64,000 nt of DNA from Marsupella aquatica (lineage: Eukaryota; Plantae; Marchantiophyta): the NCBI GenBank assembly GCA_973895155.1, contig CCZZQB010000055.1, positions 1 to 64,000 on the forward strand. The letters run 5' to 3'. The notes beneath the pieces are model-generated. The model was not told the DNA's origin, ran no database searches, and saw nothing but the letters and a program-made list of their open reading frames with translations. The translations under genes were made by a program, and so were the position numbers. Positions 1 through 8,329 of the stretch are shown piece by piece (positions within the stretch are counted from its first letter, which is position 1; each line of letters starts with the position of its first letter).

Positions 1-615
1 ACTTTGGTCTTATTGCCCATCGGCAAGCCAAACACTTTGGCAATCACCTTGGGAGTAAGATAGAAATCCTTCCATATATCCTCGTGGAATTGGTCTCGGG
101 TTCCCATGACCCCACGAATTCTAATAGGTCTGAATCCGGCACCTCCGGCTTCAGCCATGGTAATCTTACAAAGGCCTCTAAGCCGGATCCGGCCATGAAG
201 CCTTGGTACTTCTTGGTCTGCATGGCTGTAAAGCATGCATCCTCCTCTCGTGCAAAATGTAGTTGCACCTCCTCTGGTAGGGTTGCCGCCCAGCCCTTCC
301 AGGTGTCATCCCTGGTTGGAATGGCATTGATGGGATCGTCCTCCTCTTCAGCTTCTCCCTGCCTCCTGCTCTGCTGCTCGGCTGGCTTCTTTGGTGCCGC
401 CGACCTCATTCTTTTTTCCGGGGTGGCTTCATCGTTGACGGCTCCCTTCCTCTTCATTTCGGCTGCCGTGGAGGTTTCTCCTAGCACGGTTGCCTTTGTC
501 CACCCCTCCGTGCTACCCTTCAACTCCCAGTGTATGTTGTTGCAGCGTTTGATGGCTTCTCGGATGCCGACGACTCTATCTTCGCAAAACAGAAGATCGT
601 CGAGCTGATTGGAAG
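1..615 (-). mobile_element. Family A LTR fragment (part of the LTR-encoded ORF), cut off at 615 by the full-length element
   Basis: Reverse complement matches the family A LTR ORF (ORF 44..523 ~ aa 175-340 of 731..4354). Homology stops exactly where TGTGATGCC begins at 616. Confidence 0.9.
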
Positions 616-3600
616 TGTGATGCCTAGACAGGAATCACTCGGCCGGTTAAGTGGGTAAAGCAGGAAGGCACCCTAGGAACACCTTAGTATAGGGACAAAA
701 CAAGGAAAATATAAACAATTAGGGGCAACCATGGAACCCGGGCCGAGGCCGGAGGTAAGGCTGAGGGTGAGAACCCGATTAGGGTTAGGGCGCGTTAAGC
801 GTCGGCGGCTAGGAAGGATCAACGGGAAGAAGGACCGGCGGAGGAGAGGGGTAAGGAGCGCTTGCAGGAGATGGTGGCTCATTTGCGAGCACGAACTAGG
901 CAGACGACTACGGGAGGCCAACTACTGTCAGCTGCTTAGGCAAGCACTCGGGGAGAGAGTAGATACCGACGATCGACCTAAGGAGGGTATGAGCAACGTC
1001 AATCAAGCGGCATATTTCTGGGGATGCCTGTTCGAACGGGCAACTGAGTACATCAAGACTTACGAGGACGAGGAGTCAGAAAGGGCAGCTCGAGAACGGC
1101 AGGAGCTCGCTCGATTGTGGGAGCTGCACAAGACGGCTTTCTTAGGAGGCAAACTCATCAAGGACGAGTTCCTGTGGACGCCTACTTCCAATCAACTCGA
1201 CGATCTTCTGTTTTGCAAAGACAGCGTCGTCGGCATCCGAGAGGCCATCAAGAACTGCAATGACATACACTGGGAATTAAAGGGTAGCACGGAAAGGTGG
1301 ACCCAGGCAACGGTGCTAGGAGAAACCTCCACGGCAGCAGAGATGAAGAGGAAGGGGGCCGTCAACGATGAAGCCACCCCGGCAAAAAGAACGAGGTCGG
1401 CGGCACCAAAGAGGCCAGCCGAGCAGCAGAGCAGGAGGCAGGGAGAAGCCGAAGAGGAGGAGGTCGATCCCATCAAGGCCATTCCAACCAGGGATGACAC
1501 CTGGAAGGGCTGGGCGGCAACCCTACCGGTGGAGGTGCAACTACATTTTGCACGGGAGGAGGATGCATGCTTTACGGCCATGCAGACCAAGAAGTACCAA
1601 GGCTTCATGGCCGGATCCGGCTTGGAGGCCTTTGTAAGATTACCATGGCTGAAGCCGGAGGTACCGGAGTCAGACCTATTAGAATTCGTGGGGTCATGGG
1701 AACCCGAGACCAATTCCACGAGGATATATGGGAAGGATTTCTATCTTACTCCCAAGGTAATTGCCGAAGTGTTTGGCTTACCGATGGGCAATAAGACCAA
1801 AGTTGATACCAGGAAGACCTTGCCTGACAAGGAGTTCCGGTCGTTCCCCGGGCCATCAACGAAGAATGGCTTCTTCCGGAACACCTGCACCAACCCGCAC
1901 ATAGGAGAGATGATCGACTTCTTGCGGGTGACCATGCATTGTAACTTGCCGAGGGCAGAGATCGGCAAGGCACAGGTCTATCTGGCAGAAAGGCCAGACC
2001 CAAGCCGGGACTACAACGGGTACCTCCTCAACCAATTGAAGAAGATCTTAAAGGAGGAGCAGCAGGTAATCGGCATGGGGAGCGTGTCGCGGCTTGGCTA
2101 TCACATGCCGCTGTTGTGCCGGTATGCCAGAGGTCAGACTTTTGCCCCGGTACTTCCCCTGCAGGTAAGGGCACCCGAGGAAGCTCCAACGCCGAGGCCG
2201 TTGGCTGAGAAGCCTCAACCACCTGTTAGTCCTACGATCGAGCAGGTGTTTAGGCCCAGGAAGGAAGACTTGCCGATGCAGCAACCAGGCATGCAGAGTC
2301 TGCTGAAACTACTGGAGAAAGAAAAGAAATCGGCATCGGCAACAACAACGGCAACGGCAACAATGCAGGACACTACTACAGAGGTAGGCCTACACCGGCT
2401 CACAAGAGAAAACCCCTTTGCTGGAGACAAGGAGAGAATCAGGCCGGAATCCAAGCCAGGTGTTCGAATGTACGTGGGAACCTCAAGCTCCGAATCTGAG
2501 GCAGAATTGCCTGAAGCTCCTACCGACGAAGAGGAGAGGGAGAAGCCGGACGTCCAAGAGGTAGAGGAGGCAGTGGAGGACTGCAGCCATGATAATTCCG
2601 GCTATGGGTCGGACCATCACGTTCCAGGAGTAAGGACCTGTGGCCGGTTTGTCCCCACACTTCCAAGGGTAGTGCGAGGGGACCCCAACCAGCAGAGTAG
2701 CCCTGAGTCTCCCCCACCAGATGTTGCTCCCCCGAGCTTCGACGGCATAAAACAGACGGTGCAGGAATTTCAGGAGCGAATCAAGCAGGAGGAAGAGGCC
2801 GCCCTGGCTAAGGAAAAGGATTTACCAGGAGGAGATTGGCCGGAGGACATCAGGTGGCTAGCCGAAAAAGGAAGCAAACCTCTAGCCACGATTGAAGAGA
2901 TCCGCAGGACGGCTTGGGAGCAGAGGCCACGATGGGCGATGCCGATCACTTCTACTTACTCCACCTACGCTAAGAATAGAGCCATGGAGTATGGTGAGAT
3001 GTGTGGGGAACTTGCGCTCGGCATCTTTGGAGAGGAGTTGGAGATAGGACCCTTTTTCCATAGGGAGCAGTTGGAGAAGCACCAATTAGAAGAAGCGGTG
3101 GCTTTAGAGAGAAGCAAGAAGGACGAGGTCATTTGGCGGCTTAGGAGGATGGGAGCCGAGATTGAAGATCTAAGGGCGGCCAAGAAAGCCCAAGATGAAC
3201 TGCGGATTAAACGACATGAGCTGAACATCATGCAGGGGCAGTTGGACGCCGCGCAGGCTGATAATCAGAATATCAAGGATAAACTGACTCAGACGCAGGA
3301 AGAGTTGGCCGACACGATCAAAGAGAGGGAGAAGTGGAAGCAAGAGCTGAAGAATACAGAGGAGGCCCACATAACAGCCAACAGCCGGGCCATGGCGGAG
3401 ACCCAAAGAAAGGAATGGGCGTTGAAAGGGGAGCTCGAGAAAATCCGCGGAGCCCTTGAGCAGAAGGAGGTCGAGTTAGGGAAATCCTATCAAGGGATTA
3501 TGGCGCTGCAGCAGGAGCTTGCGTCCCTGACGGCCAGCTTCAAGGCCGACCTAAGGGAGAAGGACGAGATGCTCGAACAGACTTACGCCAAGATGAACCA

Positions 3601-5266
3601 GATGGAGTCTGTCATCATTGCAGAGCTCGACAAGGAGCTAAGAGCAACCCAAGAGGAGAGGGCTACCTTGAAGAAGGAATTGGAGGAAGCCCACAGGGAG
3701 CAGGAGGAGGCCAAAAACGAGCTGGAGGGGGCACGTAAGGACCTGGATGAAACCCAAGAGGAGTTGGAGGAAATCACGAGGAAGATGGAGAACCTACAGC
3801 GGCGGGCCGACAACCAAACAGAGCGGCTGAAGAAACAAGCCGCAGTATTTAAATGCTTAGCTGCAGCAGGTCCATCTCCCGTTGGGATAAACCAGTTACC
3901 AGGGGTGGTAATTGCCGAAGGACAAGCCGCGCCAACTACACCAGTGCCGGAAGTAAGTGGGAAGGGGAAGGGACCAGCTGCCGAGCCACCAACGAAGAAG
4001 AAGCGGAAACCTTCAGGGTCAAGGAGTAATACGACTTCACAGGCCGTGGTGATCAAGGAGGTAGACCCAGCACCGACCCCAGACAGGGTCACGGCTAAGG
4101 ATCCAACTACCCTAGGGGAAGGGGAGGCCGAAGCCGAGGGAGTGGCTGAAGCCGAAGCCGTGGGAGTGGCTGAGGCCGAAGCCGTGGGTATTCCCGAGGC
4201 CGGTGTCGAGGCTGAAGCCGAAGGTGGACCCAGTCAGGCCGATGGAGAGTTGACTCAGTCAAGGGCAGGTAATCTGTCAGAGAATGAACCTACGGCAGTG
4301 GCTGAGGAGGAAGTGTTGGGGGCGTCCATTGAGGATCCACCACCGGTGTCGTGACGGTGCAAGGGCGCCGTTCCTTTTAGGGAAGGCGGACGTGGAGGGA
4401 GGAGGCGTGAGTGGGCAGGGCGGGCGCGAATCTCCACGTTTAGGATTAGGATCAGAACCAGGAGCGGCCCTGACACTTAGCTTAGTGGGATTGCGGTCCC
4501 ACTGGTAGGAGCAACACTTGTGCTCCTGCCTTGCTGTACATAGGTAGATTCGGGCAAGTAGATTACTGTTAAGTAGATTAGGCTTACGATGCAAAGAATG
4601 GCGGATCCACTACCAGGATAAGTACCTGGGCAGCGGGGAGCTCAGGGCCTCTTCTTTAGCAAGTTTTTAGTTTGCACCAGCCGGGCTGGGATCAAGTAGT
4701 ACAAGAAGCTCTCGGTTAGTCATACAGTGACCCTTGTGTATATTCATGTTTCCTCATGCCTAAGAGCTGAATAGAGTTGGCCTCACGGCTTAGTTCGCAG
4801 AACTTGTGTATGAGATGTACTGTTTGTATGGCAAGTGCATGGTATGACTCAGTCAGAATGAGTCATTTTGCTATTTGTGTGTCGCATTAACTTGTGTGAA
4901 GAGTGCCCACATCAACAGAAGGAAGGAAAGTAAGCAGGGGAGTGAGAGTTGGATGTGTCGAGCTGAGAGAGGTCTTAGCGGCTTAACCAAGCCTATTGGG
5001 GATCATTCCGGCGACGGAATCCAAACATACCTAACAGGAAGACAGGGGAAGACAGGGGAAGGCCTATATTAGGCCGGCTACGTATCTCATGACCCGATGA
5101 AGGATCTGTCCAGTATATGTGTGTAAAATGTTAATAGTAGTAGTAGAAGGTTAGCAGCGTCCCATGCCGCTAAGCCGCGGAAACGGCCTCGCCAAGCACA
5201 AAACCTGCGGGAATCGGCTTGAGCTGGGGGGTTTCTTGGGTTTAGGGAGCCATGGGACGCACCACA
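616..5266 (+). repeat. 5' LTR of element A (4651 bp)
   Basis: Starts TGTGATGC, ends GCACCACA (7/8 terminal inverted match). About 55 substitutions and no indels versus 11491-16141, counted by eye. Confidence 0.95.
731..4354 (+). CDS. LTR-encoded protein (1207 aa): basic N-terminus, plant-TE 'PMD/Transposase_32-like' domain, long coiled coil, acidic low-complexity tail
   Basis: Intact ORF wholly inside the LTR. Motif block GLEAFVRLPW..EFVGSW..IAEVFGLPMG..KNGF..C is shared with the ORFs of families B, C and D. Heptad-rich region spans ~aa 770-1030. Family assignment is by eye. Confidence 0.8.
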   Translation: MEPGPRPEVRLRVRTRLGLGRVKRRRLGRINGKKDRRRRGVRSACRRWWLICEHELGRRLREANYCQLLRQALGERVDTDDRPKEGMSNVNQAAYFWGCLFERATEYIKTYEDEESERAARERQELARLWELHKTAFLGGKLIKDEFLWTPTSNQLDDLLFCKDSVVGIREAIKNCNDIHWELKGSTERWTQATVLGETSTAAEMKRKGAVNDEATPAKRTRSAAPKRPAEQQSRRQGEAEEEEVDPIKAIPTRDDTWKGWAATLPVEVQLHFAREEDACFTAMQTKKYQGFMAGSGLEAFVRLPWLKPEVPESDLLEFVGSWEPETNSTRIYGKDFYLTPKVIAEVFGLPMGNKTKVDTRKTLPDKEFRSFPGPSTKNGFFRNTCTNPHIGEMIDFLRVTMHCNLPRAEIGKAQVYLAERPDPSRDYNGYLLNQLKKILKEEQQVIGMGSVSRLGYHMPLLCRYARGQTFAPVLPLQVRAPEEAPTPRPLAEKPQPPVSPTIEQVFRPRKEDLPMQQPGMQSLLKLLEKEKKSASATTTATATMQDTTTEVGLHRLTRENPFAGDKERIRPESKPGVRMYVGTSSSESEAELPEAPTDEEEREKPDVQEVEEAVEDCSHDNSGYGSDHHVPGVRTCGRFVPTLPRVVRGDPNQQSSPESPPPDVAPPSFDGIKQTVQEFQERIKQEEEAALAKEKDLPGGDWPEDIRWLAEKGSKPLATIEEIRRTAWEQRPRWAMPITSTYSTYAKNRAMEYGEMCGELALGIFGEELEIGPFFHREQLEKHQLEEAVALERSKKDEVIWRLRRMGAEIEDLRAAKKAQDELRIKRHELNIMQGQLDAAQADNQNIKDKLTQTQEELADTIKEREKWKQELKNTEEAHITANSRAMAETQRKEWALKGELEKIRGALEQKEVELGKSYQGIMALQQELASLTASFKADLREKDEMLEQTYAKMNQMESVIIAELDKELRATQEERATLKKELEEAHREQEEAKNELEGARKDLDETQEELEEITRKMENLQRRADNQTERLKKQAAVFKCLAAAGPSPVGINQLPGVVIAEGQAAPTTPVPEVSGKGKGPAAEPPTKKKRKPSGSRSNTTSQAVVIKEVDPAPTPDRVTAKDPTTLGEGEAEAEGVAEAEAVGVAEAEAVGIPEAGVEAEAEGGPSQADGELTQSRAGNLSENEPTAVAEEEVLGASIEDPPPVS

Positions 5267-5270
5267 TTTT

Positions 5271-5288
5271 TGGCGCTAGATGGAGGGG
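5271..5288 (+). promoter_or_regulatory. Primer binding site, probably tRNA-Asn
   Basis: TGGCGCTAGATGGAGGGG, 4 nt after the LTR end. Complementary, with one mismatch, to the plant tRNA-Asn(GUU) 3' end as recalled (...CCCCTCCTTCTAGCG-CCA). Confidence 0.8.
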
Positions 5289-5335
5289 GCATTTCTTAAG
5301 CCGTGAGATATGAAGTTAGAACGGAAGCGTAGGTA

Positions 5336-8329
5336 ATGACTGACCTTACGCCGAGGGAAGAAAGAGTGATTCAACGGGAGAGAGCTCGACTGCAGCAGCT
5401 CGCCGGGTGGCATGATACACAGCGACTGAGAGGGGCAGAAAGAGCTGGTAGCTCCGAAACTGGAAGTGGCGTCGAAGAAGACATACCAGAAGAAGAGTCG
5501 GTAAGGAGAAGTGAGTCTCCAACCGACATGGGGGAACCAGAGGCACGGCCAGACGAGAGGCCAGGGACCAGATTGAGCCAGCGGTCGCGCATACATTACA
5601 AAGCATTTCATGGGAGAGGAGATGAGGATCCGGACGAATGGTTGGATGATTTTGAGGGAACCGCTGCAGCAAATGGAGAATCGGCCATCAAGATGCAGAT
5701 TCTTCCCGGCCTGTTCAAGGGTGAGGCTAGGCCTTGGTACAGAGCATTAGATGTGGAAGATCAAGCCATCTGGGATATCTTCAAAACACTCTTTGTTAAG
5801 GAGTTTCGACCCATTGGAACTTCAGAACTAGCAGTGCTGAAGTTGGGACAACTTCGGTTCAAGGAGAACAAATCCTTCAGGAAGTTCTTGCAACGCTTTC
5901 AGAAACTGGTAAGACGTACAAAGACCAATGCATCTGAAGGTATGCAACTTCAATGGTTGGTGAATGCTTTGCCACAGAAGATGAGTTTTGCAATTAGGAA
6001 GGAGAACCCGGAGACTTTAGCCGAAGCAATTAAGGATATTCAATTATACATTAATGCAGATATCACAAGCCGGAAGAAACAGCTTAAGTCTGAGAGTTCC
6101 TCATCAGAGGAGGGATCACCCCATAAGAAAAAAGATAAGAAGAAGAAACATTCCAAGAAGTCTAGAAGTGATAAGTCAAGCTCGGATAGTGGGAGTAGCA
6201 AGAGTGAGTCATCTTCTAGTTCTGAAGAAGAAAAAACTAGGAAAAGGAAGGGCAGAAGGAGAGGGAAGACGAAAGTCAAGATGGAGGCTAAGCCACCAGA
6301 TAACATCGTAGCCCTTACCGAGCAACTTAAGGCTATCATTGCAGAGGTAAAACCAAAGAAGAAGGTAGTACAGGAGGATAGCTCTGTATGGTGTGCCTTA
6401 TGTTATAAAACCGAACACCATAAAGATGCGTGTCCTAAGCTTAATACTAATCATGTTCGGCATGTGGCCGAGATCAGACCATGTCAGGGAGAAGTAGAGT
6501 ACTTTTTGGGAGATGCCGCTGATAGTGTTTTCGGCATCAGTGAGACTGGAGCACGAGACCTATCCAACAGACCTGCATCTCTGTGGTCAGGATTAAGGAA
6601 CAATCCAGGAGAGATGTATCCTCGGATTATTCAGAACCCGTCAGTACCTCCTAGGCCGAATGTGCAAAGATTTGCGGCGTGCTATAATTGTGGTCAACCT
6701 GGCCATTTTGCTAGAGAATGCCCGAATGCACGCAAACAGGGTGATGGACAACCAGCTCAGCTATGTATGGGATGCCGACAGGAAGGTCATATGCTAGGGC
6801 AATGTCCTACTTGGTTGGCAGGCCTGGCCGCAAATCATAAGCTTTTGCCGATCAAGATCTTACCGCCAGGTACTACCCCCGGAGGAGTTCAAATCAACCA
6901 CATCGAACTAGGATGGCAAGAGGATGCCGAGGCAGAGTTCGTACCATTTGATGATGAGGCCGAAGCCCTATCAACCTTCTCAGAGGAGGATTTAGATCAT
7001 GATTGCTACCGGGTCTCTACTCGATCTACCAGAAGGAAGGAAAGGTGGGATGGGCTGGCCAAAAATAAAGGGAAGGTTACGGAGGAAAGGATCGACTCTT
7101 CGTCAACATCAACAGAAGGAGAAGGGAGGGCTCCGACAATACAGGTAAGCCATGAGCCCACCAGTGAAACCAATCCTTCACAAGATAGCGACTTCAATCG
7201 AGATCATCCTAAGTTGTTCTACCCCTCTGTTACGGCTAGTGTTAAGGAACAACTAAGAGAATTAGAAACCCTGGAGAATACCGAAGCCATTGCCAAGGAT
7301 GTAAAACGAGCAAAAGCATTGTTTGCTTCGGAAGACCCAACAGCTGTGGAGACTAGCGTGGCAAAACTGGCCGAATCCAAGACGGAAACACCACCAGAAG
7401 AGAAGCCGATTGTTCCCTATGACCTGGCTAAAGATGTACTAGAATCTAGAGTCTCGGCAACAGTAGGTCAACTATTGAAAAATAGCCCGTACTTCCGGAA
7501 GCAATTAAGGAAGGCTATTCTCGGCAAGCCGAGATTACCCAAGGTAGCAACCAGATCCGACGTACTAATGATAGAAGAAGATCAAGGAGCCCCAGCATTA
7601 CCATTAATGATTCAAGGAGAATTATTACTACGGGTACCCATCGATGGAGGATCAGGGGTATGTATTATGATTGATTCAACAGCAAAAGGGTGGGGTCTAA
7701 CACCGGAGATGACTGGAAGAGTGTTGAACATGGCCAATGGATATCAGGTCATTCCGACGGGAGTGTTAACCGGCATCAAGACAGAGATAGGAGGTATCTT
7801 CTTTAGCATTAACTATGTAGTAATGAAGCCGGTAAATCCTACGTCATTCCGGCTATTGATTGGTAGGCCATGGCTGTACCTAGCCGAGGTAATAGAAGAT
7901 TGGGGTAAAAAGCAGTTCACTTTCGGGACCCCCTCTATCACGGTATCCTGGGACACTAAGGATGACCGTAGGAAAAGCATAAGGGAAGTAGATGGGTACG
8001 ATAGTGGACTGGAGTCAGCCGATGAAGTACGTTGGTTAGAATGCCTCACTAACCTAACCGAAGAAGGTGTCTTTGGACCAGAGGTACCCCCCAGCGGATT
8101 ATGGCAAGAACCAATGGAAGGTGACTTGGAAGAAGAAGACGAAGAGGTCGAGGACTGCTTTACAATAGAATCCACCTTTTTAGCTGCAATTCCGGAGGAA
8201 GTTAAGGATGTAGACCAATTGGATGAAACGGCTAAGTGGGGAGCAGTAGCAGGGACAATGGATTTTCTGCAGGCGTTGTGGCAGAGCCGACGGGGTCCAC
8301 AACGCCATCGATCATCGGCAAGGAATTAA
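5336..8329 (+). CDS. gag: Gag-protease polyprotein (997 aa)
   Basis: Retrotransposon gag core (EDPDEWL..F), three CCHC knuckles (CALCYKTEHHKDAC, CYNCGQPGHFAREC, CMGCRQEGHMLGQC), and aspartic protease IDGGSG ... LLIGRPWL. Confidence 0.92.
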   Translation: MTDLTPREERVIQRERARLQQLAGWHDTQRLRGAERAGSSETGSGVEEDIPEEESVRRSESPTDMGEPEARPDERPGTRLSQRSRIHYKAFHGRGDEDPDEWLDDFEGTAAANGESAIKMQILPGLFKGEARPWYRALDVEDQAIWDIFKTLFVKEFRPIGTSELAVLKLGQLRFKENKSFRKFLQRFQKLVRRTKTNASEGMQLQWLVNALPQKMSFAIRKENPETLAEAIKDIQLYINADITSRKKQLKSESSSSEEGSPHKKKDKKKKHSKKSRSDKSSSDSGSSKSESSSSSEEEKTRKRKGRRRGKTKVKMEAKPPDNIVALTEQLKAIIAEVKPKKKVVQEDSSVWCALCYKTEHHKDACPKLNTNHVRHVAEIRPCQGEVEYFLGDAADSVFGISETGARDLSNRPASLWSGLRNNPGEMYPRIIQNPSVPPRPNVQRFAACYNCGQPGHFARECPNARKQGDGQPAQLCMGCRQEGHMLGQCPTWLAGLAANHKLLPIKILPPGTTPGGVQINHIELGWQEDAEAEFVPFDDEAEALSTFSEEDLDHDCYRVSTRSTRRKERWDGLAKNKGKVTEERIDSSSTSTEGEGRAPTIQVSHEPTSETNPSQDSDFNRDHPKLFYPSVTASVKEQLRELETLENTEAIAKDVKRAKALFASEDPTAVETSVAKLAESKTETPPEEKPIVPYDLAKDVLESRVSATVGQLLKNSPYFRKQLRKAILGKPRLPKVATRSDVLMIEEDQGAPALPLMIQGELLLRVPIDGGSGVCIMIDSTAKGWGLTPEMTGRVLNMANGYQVIPTGVLTGIKTEIGGIFFSINYVVMKPVNPTSFRLLIGRPWLYLAEVIEDWGKKQFTFGTPSITVSWDTKDDRRKSIREVDGYDSGLESADEVRWLECLTNLTEEGVFGPEVPPSGLWQEPMEGDLEEEDEEVEDCFTIESTFLAAIPEEVKDVDQLDETAKWGAVAGTMDFLQALWQSRRGPQRHRSSARN

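Noticed and set aside
1192-1719. Recurrent ~175-aa antisense ORF in all family A LTR copies (also 84..608, 12067..12594, 57032..57559)
   Set aside because: It is best explained as the shadow of the sense ORF in closely related copies. It is Ser-rich, and the silent changes follow the sense frame.
731-4354. Envelope (env-like) gene
   Set aside because: No signal peptide or hydrophobic transmembrane segment is visible; the protein is charged and coiled-coil rich.
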